From positions 1 through 64,000 of the forward strand of contig CAVPCQ010000010.1 of assembly GCA_963702425.1 (NCBI GenBank): DNA of 64,000 nucleotides, given 5' to 3'. The translations under genes and the position numbers were made by a program. Under the pieces are notes generated by a model, which saw only the letters and a program-made list of their open reading frames with translations, had not been told where the DNA came from and did no database searches. Positions within the stretch are counted from its first letter, which is position 1. The number at the start of each line of letters is the position of its first letter. This DNA is from an uncultured Acidobacteriota bacterium. Lineage in GTDB: Bacteria > Acidobacteriota > Polarisedimenticolia > J045. Below, piece after piece: positions 62,120 through 64,000 of this stretch.

Positions 62120-64000
62120 TCAGGGCCCCTCTTGATGGCAGCTGTTGACGGTCCGCACCTGGAGGAAGGTCAGCGCGGGCGTCGTCCCGGCCCCGTCCGG
62201 AAGCGTGAACGTCGTCTCCGTCGTCGTCGTGCCGACCAGCTCCACGGCGCTGCGGAACGTCGGGTCGACGGACTGCAGGACGTGGTAACCGGCCCCGGCC
62301 ACCGCGCTCCAGGACAGGGCGAGATCGAAGGGCGGCGAGCTGCCGGCCCGGGCGAGCCGCAGGTCCGGCGACCCCGTGGGTGTCGGCTGGGCGCACGGTT
62401 GCGGCGTGCAGTCGAAGGCCCCCTCGATCGTGAAGTGGAGCGTGCGCGGGCGGATGTAGCCGTCCGTGGTCGCGCCGGAGCCGTCCACGTCCTGGACCCT
62501 GAGTGTCCACGTCCCTTGCATCGATTCTCCGGCGAAATCGGCCATGCTGCCGGGGCCGTCCGGCAGCGTGTCGCGGTCGAAACGCGTCTCGATGCCGTGG
62601 CCGTTGCCGGCACTCCGATCGTGCAGCCGGACCGTCGTGCCCTCGGGCGAGACCAGCTCGACGATGAGCTGCGTCGCGTCCTGGTGGAAGACGTCGAGCG
62701 TCACGTCGACGTCGGCGATCGTCTGGGTTTCTGCGACGTTCCAGTAGGTCTCGACCGGAGCGGTGGTCAGGTACGGAATCGCGACGATCTCGGTCTGCGT
62801 GTCGTCGCGCAGCCGGTTGCCCATCGGAATCCGGATCGCGCTCGAGAAGGGGGCTGAGTTCGAAGCCGCCCCGCTGAGCGCGAGCTCCAGAACGTCGCCG
62901 CAGTGCGCCTGCTCCAGCACCACGACCTGGAAGTGCGGGGCGCTGCTCTCCATCGTCGAGTTCGGGGCGATGGTCGGCCAGGTCGACGTCGGCCCGAGGA
63001 TGCGGACCTCTGGCGGGCCGATCAGCCCCAGCTTCCCGCTGGTCGAAAGGGCCGGGTCTCCGCCGGAGTTGAACAGCGAGACCGCCAGGTTCAGCGTCTC
63101 GCCCGGCTCCGGGATCCCGTCCCCGTCGTCGATCACGCGGTGAGAGGCCTTCTGAAGCCGGCTCCCGGGCGGCGCCGTCACGCAGTTGGAGACCCGGCTG
63201 CTGCACGCCCGCTGGGTGCCGAAAGCCTGGACCCGGTAGTTGCGCAGGACGTCGGCGTCCCGGCTGTTGTCGACATAGGTGGTCTGGCTGGAGGGGAGGG
63301 CTGCGAGCGGGACCTGCTGGCGGTTGCAGCCCAGCTCGCCGCGGAAGACGCGGTACTCTGCGGCCCCCGCGACGGGAGCCCAGCTCAGCTCGACGCCGGC
63401 CGGCACCATCGATCGCGTCACCACCGGGGCCGCCAGCGTCGGGCAGCTCGAGGAGTTCCGGTTCGTGGCATCCGTCGCGGCGCCGCAGGCGAGCTTGTGG
63501 CGGTTGAACGCCGCGAAGAGCGCCGCGGCGTGCGGCGTCCCGTTGGCCAGATTGCCGTCGTTGTCGTCGGCAACGCGCATCCGCTGGTACCAGCTGGTGG
63601 CACCGCAGGAATCGGAGAGCGGCAGCAGGCAGGTGTAGGCGTTGCCCCCGGATCCCGGCCGCGTCTGGTACCAGAGCCGATCGACCAGCTGCCAGGCGCT
63701 GTCCTGGTCCATCCCCGCGGCAGGGAGGTCGCGCGTGGCCAGGTCGAAGAAGGCCTCACTCGAGACGTAGGACTCGCAGTGGGGCTCGCGGCGGCACGGA
63801 CCGCCGAAGCCGGAGGTATCGGTGGGACACCGTGTCCCGGCGAAGCCCGAGGGCGTGGCCGGCGTCTTCGACTGGCGCGCGTTCCAGTCGAAGTCGCGGA
63901 ACCCGGTGCAGCTCAGGCAGGTGTCCCCGTAGCCGGTGCAGGTGCTGCCGTCGTTGTACATTCCGCGCCCCATGCAGGAGTCGCGTGTGGTGAGGATCGC
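62120..64000 (-). CDS. Secreted multidomain protein, probable metalloprotease with FN3-like and proprotein-convertase P domains (5' part outside window)
   Basis: EPHCESYVSSEAFFDL, ADDNDGNLANGTPH, VELSWAPVAGAAEYRVFR, DVDVTLDVFH..LVSPEGTTVRL..GTWTLRVQD. Catalytic HExxH not in the window. Confidence 0.7.
   Translation of the reverse strand, partial: AILTTRDSCMGRGMYNDGSTCTGYGDTCLSCTGFRDFDWNARQSKTPATPSGFAGTRCPTDTSGFGGPCRREPHCESYVSSEAFFDLATRDLPAAGMDQDSAWQLVDRLWYQTRPGSGGNAYTCLLPLSDSCGATSWYQRMRVADDNDGNLANGTPHAAALFAAFNRHKLACGAATDATNRNSSSCPTLAAPVVTRSMVPAGVELSWAPVAGAAEYRVFRGELGCNRQQVPLAALPSSQTTYVDNSRDADVLRNYRVQAFGTQRACSSRVSNCVTAPPGSRLQKASHRVIDDGDGIPEPGETLNLAVSLFNSGGDPALSTSGKLGLIGPPEVRILGPTSTWPTIAPNSTMESSAPHFQVVVLEQAHCGDVLELALSGAASNSAPFSSAIRIPMGNRLRDDTQTEIVAIPYLTTAPVETYWNVAETQTIADVDVTLDVFHQDATQLIVELVSPEGTTVRLHDRSAGNGHGIETRFDRDTLPDGPGSMADFAGESMQGTWTLRVQDVDGSGATTDGYIRPRTLHFTIEGAFDCTPQPCAQPTPTGSPDLRLARAGSSPPFDLALSWSAVAGAGYHVLQSVDPTFRSAVELVGTTTTETTFTLPDGAGTTPALTFLQVRTVNSCHQEGP

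Overview
A very GC-rich bacterial chromosomal segment. Gene content (ACIII-caa3 operon, Ser/Thr kinase-TolB fusion, TSP3/LVIVD surface protein, Uma2 paralogues) suggests Acidobacteriota, which is inference. Many conserved genes carry single-base frameshifts, typical of an under-polished long-read assembly. In order: HprK-related kinase (partial), KimA-like permease with two TrkA/RCK proteins, TerC/Alx, a candidate ~180-nt structured RNA, radical SAM, RNase E/G, Uma2 copy 1, a ~7-kb broken LVIVD/TSP3 surface-protein gene interleaved with a vapBC module, Uma2 copy 2, kinase + TPR-like protein, enoyl-CoA hydratase, glgB, TolB-like propeller, an MBOAT/adenylation enzyme/ACP trio, a full alternative complex III + SCO + A2-type caa3 oxidase operon ending in an SDR fusion, LON-N protein, class V aminotransferase, ECF sigma/anti-sigma/mntP, M16 peptidase pair, Ser/Thr kinase-TolB, Uma2 copy 3, VOC protein, DUF1998 helicase fused to an RNase H-like exonuclease, STAS, DUF1684, a P-loop-degenerate shikimate kinase homologue, and a partial secreted protease. 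Most notable: (1) three dispersed Uma2 endonuclease genes share a fixed-length leader with a covarying hairpin and a 28-codon uORF, and differ mainly in one helix; (2) a GTAG-type REP family, including a doublet read in-frame inside the helicase and two copies supplying stop codons; (3) the unidentified structured RNA candidate. No tRNA, rRNA, CRISPR array or transposase was seen.
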